DNA of 64,000 nt from Eledone cirrhosa (lineage: Eukaryota): the NCBI GenBank assembly GCA_964016885.1, contig OZ024742.1:310496001-310560000 (forward strand), given 5' to 3'. The position numbers were made by a program, and so were the translations under genes. Each line of letters opens with the position of its first letter. Position 1 is the first letter of the stretch. The notes under the pieces are model-generated. The model made no database searches. It was given only the letters and a program-made list of their open reading frames with translations, and had not been told where the DNA came from. Shown here piece by piece: positions 1 to 11,060 of this stretch.

Positions 1-1
1 G

Positions 2-788
2 ATTATATCCGCACAAGATCAGTGTCTGCCAACAAAAAATTACCAAGCCAACATAATAAAAAATGGGTGCAGCCCATTATGCCGTGTATGCAAAAAACAA
101 CCAGAGACCATTGACCATATAATTTCAGTGTGCAGTCCTATAGCTCCAACCGAATACCTAAACAGGCATGACAGAGCTGCACAATACATACATTGGATAA
201 TGTGTAAGCATTTTGACCTGCCCCATCAAAAGAATTGGTGGGAGCATCAACCACCTCCCATACTTGAAAAAGATCACATCTCAATCTTGTGGAACTTTAG
301 CATCCAAACAGACCGAAAAATAGATGCAAATAGACCTGATATAATATTGAAGGACTTTCAAAGGAGGGTATGCCTGCTAATTGATATGTCTGTTCCAATA
401 GACAAGAATGTATCTATAAAAACATTTGAAAAATTGAGCAAGTATAAGGACCTGGAGATAGAAATTGGAAAAATGTGGAAATTGAGAACTAAAACAATAC
501 CAGTGGTTGTAGGCGCTCTGGGAATGATACCTAAGGGGTCTAACGACTACTTATCGCAAATCCCAGGAAACCCGCGTATAGGATAAATACAAAAGATAGT
601 ACTAATGGGAACTGCCCATATACTAAGGAAGATCCTGTCAATATAAGTACATCACAAGTCTAAACACTAAGGATGCATGTGTGAATATGTGTGTTCTTTC
701 TTGAACATGGCGGACCTTGTTGTCTCTTGAGGTCACTGGTTGTGACTTGGTGATAACTCGTATAAACATAAAGCAAGATAAATGCAAA
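2..788 (+). mobile_element. 3' part of an R4/Dong-type RLE non-LTR retrotransposon (copy 1); C-terminal ORF at 2-646 with one in-frame stop (584-586), then 3'UTR and (TAA)n tail
   Basis: Frame from base 2 reads IISAQDQ..CRVCKKQPETIDHIISVC (CCHC knuckle), RHD, RPDIILKD..LIDMSVP..K..KY..L (PD-(D/E)xK endonuclease), GALG, and after the stop IQKIVLMGTAHILRK; ends in (TAA)n at about 789-810. Confidence 0.9.
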
Positions 789-809
789 TAATAATAATAA
801 TAATAATAA

Positions 810-914
810 TTGTTTCTACTTTTGGCACAAGGCCAGCAATTATCCAGTGCATTACTGGTACTTTATTTTATCGACCCCGTAAGGATGAAAGGCAAAGTTA
901 ACCTCGGCGGGATT
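810..914 (-). mobile_element. SINE-A 3' half (short subfamily)
   Basis: Reverse complement reads CCCGCCGAGGTTAACTTTGCCTTTCATCCTTACGGGGTCGATAAAATAAAGTACCAG...GGCCTTGTGCC...AGAAACAATTATT; the same block recurs about 30 times in the window. Confidence 0.9.
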
Positions 915-925
915 AATAATAATAA

Positions 926-2160
926 TACATTCGGAGAGTAAGGAGCGTATTGAAGTCACATCTGAACAGCAGAAATGCCATAAGCGCAGTAAATTCCCGA
1001 GCTGTGTCTATTATTAGGTACAGTGCGGGAATTCTGAGATGGAATGTTGCTGAACAAAAAGAAATGGATAGGAAGACTAGGAAGCTATTGACTATCTGCA
1101 ACATGTTCCACAAGAGGAGTGATGTCGATAGACTCTACCTAAGGAGATCTGAGGGTGGAAGAGGTCTTATCAGCATAGAGGACTGTGTTCAGATGGAGAA
1201 AAACAACCTATACAAATACGTGACCTATAGTAAGGAGCCAATGCTCAGAACTGTACTGAAGGAGGGGACAGTAGGCCAGGGGATGTCCAAGGAGGAAATA
1301 ACATCAAGGAGGAAGAGCAGCTTTAAGGGAAAATCCCTTCATAGTACCTTCTTTGAGAAAACTGAATTTAGAGATCCACAGACATGGAACTGGTTGAGAA
1401 GAGGAGACCTCAAAAAGGCTACAGAAGGAATGATAATGGCTGCGCAGGAGCAGGCCCTCAAAACGAAGTGGTTGAAGCACCATATTTATAAGGAGGAGGC
1501 TAGCCCACTGTGCAGGATCTGTGGAGAGAGAGAGGAGACTGTGGCTCACATTGTGTCCGAGTGTAAACACCTAGCCCAGACCCACTATAAGGGCTGTAGA
1601 CATGATGTGAAGGGTAGGGTGATCCACTGGCACCTATGCAAAGTAAACAATTTACCACATTCTGAGAAGTGGTATGAGCATAAGCCAGAGTCGGTGATAG
1701 AAAACGATCAGGTGAAGGTGCTGTGGGATTTTAGGATACAGACGGACAAAAAACTGGAACACAATAGACCTGACCTGGTGGTTGTGGACAAAGAAAAAAG
1801 ATCGTGTCTGATTGTGGATGTGGCCTGCCCTTTCGACACGAGAGTGCAAGAGAAGGAGAGGGAGAAAATTAACCGATACCAGGACCTAAAGTGGGAGGTG
1901 AAAAGGATTTGGAACTGCCATGAAGTCAAAGTGATCCCGATTGTCATAGGCGCACTGGGGACTATCTCCAAAAGTTTCCAGGGATGGTTAAAGAAAATCG
2001 GCCCCGTCACGCTTTTTGGAACGCTTCAAAAGGCATGCTTGCTTGGAACAGCAAGAACCCTCCGATACGTCCTGAATATCTGAGGCTGCAGGTAGTGGCT
2101 TGATATTCATTCCAACGGACTTTCCAGTTAACCAACATCAATGACTGAGATTCAAGGAAT
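926..2160 (+). mobile_element. 5'-truncated R4/Dong-type RLE retrotransposon (copy 2, a different family); frame open 926-2083
   Basis: Late RT/thumb motifs (DRLYLRRSEGGRGL), MAAQEQAL, CRICGEREETVAHIVSEC, RHD, NRPDLVVVD..IVDVACP..EKINRYQDL, GALG; (TAA)n on both sides (914-925 and 2160-2187). Confidence 0.92.
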
Positions 2161-2186
2161 AACAACAATAATAATAATAATAATAA

Positions 2187-2261
2187 TTGTTTCTATTTTA
2201 GGCACAAGGCCAGCAATTACCCAGTACATTACTAGTACTTTATTTTATCGACCCCGTAAGG
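2187..2261 (-). mobile_element. SINE-A 3' fragment
   Basis: Matches 810-885; bounded by (TAA)n on both sides. Confidence 0.85.
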
Positions 2262-2691
2262 ATAATAATAATAATAAAACTAGATACACCACCTATCCCA
2301 TCGCCCCTCTGTGTACACTAAATACAACAGCCAGATACCGGCAATTTCAGCACCACCACCAATCCCAGCATAATAATAATGATTTCTTTATTGGCCACAA
2401 GGGCTGACACCAAGAAAAACATTACAGACGGCACAGGACGGTACAGCACGGTACGATGTGGGTTTTGTGCGTGTAGAGATTTTTATTATTTATATAAAAA
2501 AGGAAAAAAAAGACATAGAAACATATATATATATATATATAAACAATAAAAATGAAAATTGAAACAATGAAAAATTTCCCAATAGGGGGGAAACCTCCGA
2601 GGGTTACTCGTAGCGAAAACCACACAAAAGACCACGGCCACCCTGACCACCAGGTCAAGTGCCCACTCTCCTTATTTTTCCATTTCTCAAA

Positions 2692-5600
2692 CTACAGGCC
2701 TATCTTCAGAGCGGTCCCGTTCACTCGGACCATTCTCGCTACATTCACCCACCTTTCAACAAACTTGCTAGAAGACAGCACTTGCCACTCCACCCTGATT
2801 TTCTTCTTCAAGTGAAACTTGAAAAAGTTAATTAGGGATTCGCCGAAGAGGAAAGTATCTGTCATTAACCCTTTCAACCTTGTCCACCACACAATCTCTT
2901 TCGCCATGGCCACCAGGCAGTTGAAAACCGCCCGCCCTTCCCCCTCGAAGGAAGACGGCAAGACCATCTGCACAATGGACTCAGTCGATAACCGGATCAG
3001 TCCTACACGCGACAGCAACTATTCGACATAGCTCCACAAGTCAGCAATGCTCGAGCACTGAACGAGTGCGTGCACGACGGTTTCGTCGCTCTGCGCGCAT
3101 CTCGGACAGACTCGGCTGACGGCACTTCCGTGCCTGTAGAGCTTATCTCTAACCAGCAACGCTCCCCGGTAGCACTGCCAGGCCAGGGATTTTTGGAAAT
3201 TATCCATAGGCCCTGGGCTGAAAGTTCTCCGGAAGAGAGCAAACAGCTGATCGTCTTCGACGCCCAGGATCTCTCCGAGAACGTCGTCGCTCTTCGCCTC
3301 CACTAGTCCTCTATAGAATGCCGAGGTGGATGTTCCACCGATACTGGTGCCCAGCTGGCAGAGGGCAGTGAGCGCCTGGAGACATTCCAGCTTCCAAGCG
3401 CTATCCCTCGGTCTTTTGCTGACCCAGGACTGCAGCTCCGTCAAGGATACGAGCTGTGGGAAAACGTTCCTGGCGAACGGCGACCACACCTGTTCACCGT
3501 CAAGGAAGCACCAGAGATGTCGCAGCCTCAGCGCATGTTTGCGCATCATCAGCCATGGCATGCCCAGTCCTCCACGCAACGGGTGTTGACAGCAGATGGA
3601 TCGTCTGATCATGGGAGCGGGTCATTTCCACAAAAAGCGGAAGAGGAGGCGCTCCATTTTGGTGAGAGTTGGGCCGGGGCAAGGGACGACGGTGAAGCGG
3701 TAGCAGATGACGGATGCGATGTACGCATTCGCCACCTCCGCCCGGCTTCTCAGGGACAGGTTCCTCCCGGCCCATTTCTGGGTGAGGGAGGCCACCTTGT
3801 TCGTCACCTCGTTCCAGTTTTTCTCCATCTGGAGGTCCGGTCCGAACCAGACCCCGAGCAATTTAATCGGTCCGTCTGTCCAACGCCCCACGACGCTGTC
3901 GGACGGCATGGACTTGCCTCTCCCGGTGCCGAGCTGCAAGCCCACCGACTTTTTCTGGCTTATCTTTGCTCCTGGCACCGCTTCGTATTCCTTGAGAGCG
4001 GTGCCGAGCATCTGGACGAGCCTGGGGCTCGACACCACCACGGTGATGTCGTCGGCGTAAGCCGACTCAGATTTCCCACATCCTAGTTCGCGTGGGACGC
4101 CCCTCATCGCCCCCAATTTGTGCAGTAACGACTTGAGAGCCAATACGTACAAGAGGGACGAGAGGGGACAACCCTGGCGGACCGAGCGCATAATGATGAA
4201 CGGATGCGACAGGTGACCGTTCACCCTCACAACTGAGCAGATGTCGCTGTACATCGCAGCGATCCAACCCCTGAAAACGGGCCCGAAACCAGCTGCCTCG
4301 AGGACCCCCGCCAGGTACCGATGGTCGACCCTATCGAATGCTTTGGATTGATCCAAGTTGATCAGGGCCCCACCCGTGCCAGGTTCCTTAACCACTCTCT
4401 CTATGATGTATCGCATGAGGTGGAGGTTGTCGTGTATGGATCTGTCCGGAATGACGCATGTCTGTGCCTCTCCCACCAGACCCTTGACGACAAGCGTCAA
4501 CCTCGTTGCTAACACCTTGGCCAAAATCTTGAACTCTGCGTTTAGCAGGGTTATGGGCCTGAAGTTATCGATAACATCCCCCTGTTCGGGTCTTTTCTCA
4601 GCAGCGCCACCGCTCCCCGGCTCACAAAACTAGGAATACTCCCGTTCTGCTGCCAGTTGCAGTAGACGTCTGCTAAGAGGTCACCGAACAAGTCTGGCAT
4701 AAATGCATAAAGCTCGTAGGGCAGACCATCCAAACCTGGCGATTTACCCCTCGTGCAGCTAGCCATCGCTTCCCGTATTTCATTGGCTTTTCGCAACACT
4801 GTGCTGCGGTCGTCGAGAACCGAAGCAGTCCATCGAGGTATGCACTGAAGTCCATACCCCGATCCGGCCCGCCGCTGCTCCCGAACTGTTCAGCAAAGTG
4901 CTGCTGAAAAGCTTCACACATCTGCTCGGGTTCAAGCAACACGCGCCCGTTTTGATCAGACAAAGACCGAATTGTGGCTTTGTTGCCACGTCGCGCCTCT
5001 TTCACCCGGGCCCATTGGACGGCTTTTGTCCCCTCGTGTTTCAGAGCACGCGCTCTAGCTCTGACAACGCAGCCTTCGTGTTTTGCGATGAAGAATTGGT
5101 CGAGTGCCAATCTCGCCGCAAGAACGTCGGTTGCGATGCCTGTCCTAAACGCCTCTTCTAGCTTTCTGACTAGCTCTCCTTCTACTCTATTTTCCTCTAT
5201 CACTAGTCCTTTGCTAAACCCAATCGATTCTACTTTAATTGCCCTTTTCAGAGCGAACTACCACCTGTTGTTGACGACCGCTCCCGTCAACGCCCGCTTA
5301 ACTAATACGCTAATCCGGTCTCTGTAGGCTTTGCGCGCCGGGAAAGATGCGTTCAGCTTCCAGTAACCGAGCCCTTGATACGATCTGGATGATCCGATGC
5401 GGTTTGTCCATGTCCATATTGGCACATTCGGGTGATCCAGTCGATACCTGTCAGACAGTTCAAAACGTCTGAGCAGGTTGGTGAGGCTCTTGCACCCTCC
5501 TCTCCTATCCACTACCCCACACAATCCCAGCGTGCATCCAAGATACCGTTCCAGTCGCACACTAACCCTAAAGAGCGGGGCGTTCCAAGAAAGGTCTCTA

Positions 5601-5976
5601 GACGTCTGAAGAAATCTGACCGTCCTGCCCCTGTTGGGCCGTAGACGGCTACTAGCCTGAAAGCATTGCCTTCGCTGCCGGTCACGTCCAGCACCACCGA
5701 CTTACCTTGTGAGTCTAGGAAGATGGCCCGTATGGCGAGATCCAAGCCTCTTCGAAAAAGGACGGCAACCCCTCCCCCCGATCCTGGACGGCTGGGAGAT
5801 GCGTATACATCATAGCCGCCAAAGATCGGTGCGAAAGCTTGTGCTTCAGAGATTCTGGTCTCACTGATGGCCACCACATCTATGTTTAGTGACCTGAGGT
5901 CGTTGAGCAGGTGGCCCTGCTTCCAAGATGACCCCAGGCCATGTGCATTTATACTGCCTATTCTGAGTACGGCCAT
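2692..5976 (-). pseudogene. Tx1 ORF2 (APE endonuclease-reverse transcriptase), several frameshifts and an internal deletion
   Basis: MAVLRIGSINAHGL, ISETR, AVYGP, DWN, GYWKLN (APE; the C-terminal SDH motif is missing), GKSPGLDGLPYELY, DQSKAFDRVDH, VRQGCPLS, YADD, LLGVWFG, GGLGMP, CPRC..ETVVHALVQC spread over successive minus-strand frames. Confidence 0.9.
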
Positions 5977-6163
5977 GCTGGGTGAGGAACAGGGCAAGTG
6001 AGAAGGATCACTTACATTGATTGTCTGATGAATCGTCCCTTCGGCTGGTCGTCGGCACTTCTGTGAGTATATCCGAATATACTCTCCGGTTGAGTGTCCC
6101 TCCTAGGTCTCTGAAATCACCAACTGCGTTGGGGAATTTCATTTTTATGTTTGTGTATTGTTT

Positions 6164-8044
6164 CTATGATATTCTTACCAGTCTTATGTTCGTTGGTGTT
6201 TTTATTGGTGCTGGTATTATGTAGTCGTGCTGTGAAATGTCTGTGTGTTCAATTATGTAAGTCATTAGTTTCTTGTTGTGTGTATTTATTGCTGTGCATT
6301 TGTTTTTCTGGGGGTGGGGTTTGGTTCTGCTATTTTCTTGTCGTTGTTGCTGGGTGTGTGTGTTTTGTTGTTGTGTTTGCGTTGTTGGTGCTTGTGGTGG
6401 TGGTGTTGAAGGTGTTGTTGTTGTTGGCGGTGGGGTTGCCACCGGTGGTGATGGTAGTGCTAGTGTGGGTGGTGATGGTGTTGGTGGTGTTGCTGCTGTG
6501 GATCTCTTTGCAGTAGACTTTACCCTTTTCTCATTTCTTTCCTCCCTTTTCAAAGGCGACGATGCGCTGCTTCTGCGTTTGTGCCTTCTTGCGACCTTTT
6601 GCCATCCCTCTCCCACTTCACACTCCATGTCCGATTCTGTGAGGTCGGGGAGGGGTACCAGCTCCACTCTTTCACTTGTTCTTGTTGGTGATGGTTGCAG
6701 TGGAGTCTCTGTTGCAGCTGCAGTTGGTATTACTGTTGTTGTTGTTAATACTTCCACTGCTGCTGCTGTTCTTGATTTCCGTGGCGTGGGTATGGGTGCT
6801 ACGGCCCTATCCTTCCTGCTTGCCGCCTGTCGTGTTGCTGGTAGCAGTGGAGCCGGTTTCGGAAGGAGGAGGGGGGTCTCCTTTCTCAGGGTCTTCTCAT
6901 TGCAGAAGGCCCTGAGGTGAGTCTTCGATCCACAGCGAAAGCATTTCGGGCGTTTGCCCTCAACACTTATGGGCAGTTGAGTGCCGTTATCGAAGTCTAT
7001 CACATCCGGGATAGCTTCGATACACTCCTGGTTGGTTTGGATTAACATCTCAATAGAGGTGCCGACCCAATCTCCTCGTACTTTTTTCTGTACTTGCAGT
7101 ACAGTTGTTTTGTCCTCGATTCCGACGAGCACAGACGCGGCCAGCCAAGAAGGGGCCATCCCGGAGGGGGGGTGGGTCAGTTTGACTCTCACAATATTTT
7201 GCCCGCAGTAGGAGGGCACCAACACCATTTCCTCGCTCCTTAGGGTCACTAAGGATTGAGCCTTTGCCTCCTGGGGTGTGGCAAAAAGCACGTCCACGGT
7301 GGCATATTTCTTGCCTCGAGTGATATGCGTTTTCCGCTGCCAACAGACCCTAAGGCATTTTGTATTTGAGCCTCTGTGGCTCTTTCAACCCTACGGGATT
7401 TTGTGCTTACTGTACGGTACGTGACCGTACAGTGCTGTTGGGATTGCTCGGTTCCGCTTTTCGTCACCATCTTCTTTGCTTCCTGTAATTCCTCATTTGT
7501 TATAAGGATGGTTTCCAGGTTCTTTGCGATACCTGCAAACGAGATTGGTTTTTCTTTTGTTGTTGTTGTTGTTGTTGTTGTCGTTAGAGCTGCTGTTACT
7601 TTTGTTGTTGCTGCTGGTACTACGACCGCCGCCGCCGCCGCTGTTGCTGTGGTTGTTGTTGTTGTTGTTGCTGCTGCTGCAGTTGTTGTTTATGCTGCTG
7701 ATATTGTTGCGGCTGCTTCTAGTGTTTTCCTTGTCACTGTTGCTGCTGCTGCTGTTATTACGGCTGCTACTGCTATTCTTCATGACGTCAGACGAATGAA
7801 ATGGCTTTCCGTATTTACCGCACACATTTTTCGTCGTTGTCGTCGTCGTGGAGAAATGTTCCACGGAATACACGTGCTCTTGGTGAAGGTTATCAGAAAC
7901 TATATTTTTCTTTTTCTTTAATGGCGTCGCTTGCGAAAGAGAAGGGAGGGAGAGAGACAATCTTCTCCCTGATGTAGTGACGATTGAGGAAGAAGAAGAC
8001 GGAATGAGTGGGAGTGATTTGTGAAAATTCTTTTTTGTAGCCAT
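6164..8044 (-). pseudogene. Tx1 ORF1 (gag-like), frameshifted; start inferred at ATG 8044
   Basis: Zinc knuckle CFRCGSKTHLRAFC and the GWQKVARR motif in ORF 6164-7297; T/A-rich low-complexity N-terminal pieces in ORFs 7249-7470 and 7493-8044. Confidence 0.75.
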
Positions 8045-8258
8045 GTTTTTTTTGGCTTAAAATGAATATTGGGCACAAAACCCCAATAAGCGGTTATTTA
8101 ATCCCGAAGGACCAAATAACGGGCAGAAAGACCCCTCTCACGAGGAGGAGGGTGTTTTTATCTACAATTTGGTTAAAGTTTTAAACAATTTACAATTGTT
8201 ATAGCGGTTAAAAATTACTATACCTTACAGAGCCGAGCCTCCGTCAACCATGGCATTC

Positions 8259-8340
<82 letters not shown>
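8259..8340. repeat. (TAA)n directly followed by (TTA)n: head-to-head microsatellite palindrome
   Basis: Direct reading. Confidence 0.95.
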
Positions 8341-8439
8341 ATTATATATTTATATATATATATATATATATATACTCTTTTACCTGCTCCGGCCATCTGG
8401 CTGATGCCATACTGGGGCACCGCCCCTGATTATATATAT

Positions 8440-8625
8440 ACAAGTTTATCCCGGGTTCAATCGGGGGTAATCACAGTAAGTAAGGTACTCAATGCATAGC
8501 AGAGTATAAGTATTTAATATAGGAATGGCTTCTACAGGACTAGAACTGTTTCATTCGGAAGAAATCATCAGGAAGCCCGGATTTCTCCCGAATGAAGCAG
8601 TACTAGTCCTGTAAAAGCCATTTCT

Positions 8626-8628
<3 letters not shown>
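8440..8628 (-). mobile_element. Short PLE-derived fold-back insert in (TA)n
   Basis: 8581-8628 is an inverted copy of about 8518-8565; contains a hammerhead; TA tracts on both flanks. Confidence 0.7.
8527..8577 (-). ncRNA. Type I hammerhead ribozyme
   Basis: GGCUUC-CUGAUGA-uUUCuuccGAAu-GAAA-CAG(uucuaguc)CUG-UA^GAAGCC; stems I and III pair fully; cleavage triplet GUA. Confidence 0.8.
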
Positions 8629-8682
<54 letters not shown>

Positions 8683-8686
<4 letters not shown>

Positions 8687-8792
8687 ACCAAGTAGGGTCC
8701 TACTTGTTCCTATTACCCACTCTACTACCCTAAGTATTGAGTACTTTAGTGAGTTATGGTCCATCTGGTTCCTTACCACATTTCCTTCGTTA
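8683..8792 (+). mobile_element. PLE-derived short insert, family B, with a 14-bp inverted 5' arm
   Basis: Homologous to the reverse complement of 46668-46770 and to 49382-49418; flanked by (TA)n. Confidence 0.7.
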
Positions 8793-9696
8793 TATATATA
8801 TATATATTGAATATATGTTGGTTGTTTAGCGACACCTCATTATGCAGATTGGAGCACTCGACGAAGTACGCAGGTTCGTTTGTTTACTCCGGAGTAATGT
8901 AAAGTAATTAAGTCAAATATACGGGATAACAAATTATTGTTATAGGTAGTCCACTTAGATGTAGTCCAGTTAGGGTACTCCGAGTAGTGGATAGTATCAA
9001 CGCTTGGCTAAGTTTGCCTCAACAATGCGTTTCCATAAAATGAAAATATTTTATCTGTCAGATAATAAATAATTCTTACGGTCACCAAACCTACGGTAAA
9101 GGAAACGGTACATTATTTAAGCCCCGCCTTATCTCTACACTATATATAATACACCCCATGACAGCCTTTACATGTCAATTTCATACATCTGCCTCATATC
9201 AGCTCGTTTTACATGCTAAAGTCATAAGTATACTCTATGTCTTACTTAGATTGATGTTGTGATTATTTCAACTAATTTATTGCTAGCATTGTTAGTATTG
9301 TTATTTTTGTTCTGATTTAATGCCACTACTATGTATAGAAGCCATGCCTGTGTATTCCCTTCATTCTCGCTAGCTCTGATGAATTGACTGGTTATAACTA
9401 TGTATTGGTGATCGATTGACGCTGAAACAGGCAGTAGCGATCTCTAGACCTACCAGTTCAGAGAAACAATTGTCAGCAATGTGATTAAAGCCCTTATTGT
9501 ATAGCAAACCATGTCACTCTTCTTTCTTGATATATATATATATAAATACATTATCGGAGAAAGCTTTTAGCGATACTCCGGCCAAATCCCAATTCATTCA
9601 ACATATATATATATATATAAGGATGAAAAAACAGTAGAACATGCTAATGGGATTTTCTCATAGAATAACAGCAAAACATTTATTTAAAAAAGGAAT

Positions 9697-9737
9697 TATA
9701 GTACCGGTTTCAGCCATGCGAGCTTCTTCGTGCTACA
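9697..9737 (-). ncRNA. Decayed minimal hammerhead
   Basis: UGUAG-CACGAAGA-AGC(ucgcaug)GCU-GAAA-CCGG-UA^CUAUA; core altered, palindromic CCGG loop III. Confidence 0.5.
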
Positions 9738-10424
9738 GAAATGTATAATAACCATTTATTTATAATGGAAGAACTCATTGGATAGTGTTGTCCTGGACGT
9801 GCCTGAAAGGAAAATCAAAAGAAAAAACATGTTTGTCACAACTGACGTTTGTTTGATCAATGATGTATTGGAACAGAACCTATGACAAGTTAAAGATCAA
9901 CCACAACATTGATCTCCCGGCTATGTATGTTAGAGGGAGATGATGATTACACGGTTAAAGATTATGAAATGCTATATGAATTCCAATTTCCTGAGATTTT
10001 ACATTTATTAAAGAATTACTTTGATCGTCGTTTACAATTAAATAGGATTAGTTTAATTTTAATTAAATTATTTGAGTGGTAATGAATTTCACACATGACA
10101 TTTAAATATTTGATAGGTTGTCAAATGAACAAACACTCAACATGACATTAAAATGATCCAGTATCCTCGCTACGGCTCTGGGGCCAAATAAGTGTTAGAA
10201 TGCGATATACATTTTGATTACATAGACACATACAGCCCATACATTTGCATTGCATGTATTATACGTTTTCTCTCTCAACTGTTTATCGAACAAGAACCAG
10301 TCACTGCGAGATGATGGCTCAAGAAATCGAGTTACCCCATTTCCCACATGAAAACAAGTCCTGGCTAGTCCTCCACTAGGATAGAGAATATTTTCCATCG
10401 GTTTCACGATCTAGCACACTCGAA

Positions 10425-11060
10425 GATCGGATTGCAGTTATGGTTACAGGAAAAGGATAAGAGGAGCTCTTATGTGTTCCTGTTGGGCAAAATGGAACCG
10501 GACGTCAAGTCGCTGAAGTTGTTTTGAAGAAAATTAAACTATTCAAAATTGAGGATAAAATAATGTGTACGTCCGTCGACACGACTATCAGTACCACCGG
10601 CATGCACCAAGGAGCCAATACAAGCATTGAATCAGGTCTGAAAGAATTCCTCTTGTGGTTGGCTTGCCCCTTCACATTCTTGAACTGATTTTGGAGTAAG
10701 TCTGAGATCTTTTTCTCATCATCTGGTCTCAGTATCCCAATGTTCAACAAGTCCCAGGAACGTTGGGACTACATCGATAAATCTGATCATCAAACTATCC
10801 TGGATGATGATGATCCTATGGTAGATTTTTACAAGCAAAAGAGGGAGGAGATGGTTGGATATCTACTAACTGTACTGCTTTCTGTAAATCATCAGGGAAA
10901 ATCAGCCAACTTCATAAAGCTCTCCCTTCTTTTTCTTGGTGGTTGGCCATCTCTCCAGTTCTCCTCGGTTCTAGGAGCTTACCATCAGCTCGTTGAATGG
11001 CTAAGGCCGTAAATATAATCAAGATAATTCTGTTCAAATAACAACTTAAGCTTATACCAG
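10425..11060 (+). pseudogene. Degenerate DDE transposase (hAT/hATm-like; superfamily uncertain)
   Basis: Fragments DRIAVMVTG, LLCVP..GTG..VAEVV, DTTISTTG..GA, LWLAC, LSLLFLGG, GAYHQ follow the motif order seen in DTTxSNTG / LACRHH / GAxHxARWMAK transposases. Confidence 0.55.

Larger units (their letters stand above)
2371..8260 (-). mobile_element. Apparently full-length Tx1-clade (L1-like) non-LTR retrotransposon, about 5.9 kb, disrupted by frameshifts
   Basis: 5'UTR, ORF1 with CCHC knuckle, ORF2 with APE + RT + C-terminal CxxC..HxxxxC, 3'UTR ending AATAAAGAAATC(ATT)n; 5' end abuts a long (TAA)n tract. Confidence 0.9.

Noticed and set aside
2552-7921. Plus-strand ORFs inside the Tx1 element
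   Set aside because: Antisense shadows of GC-rich ORF1 and ORF2 with no recognisable motifs
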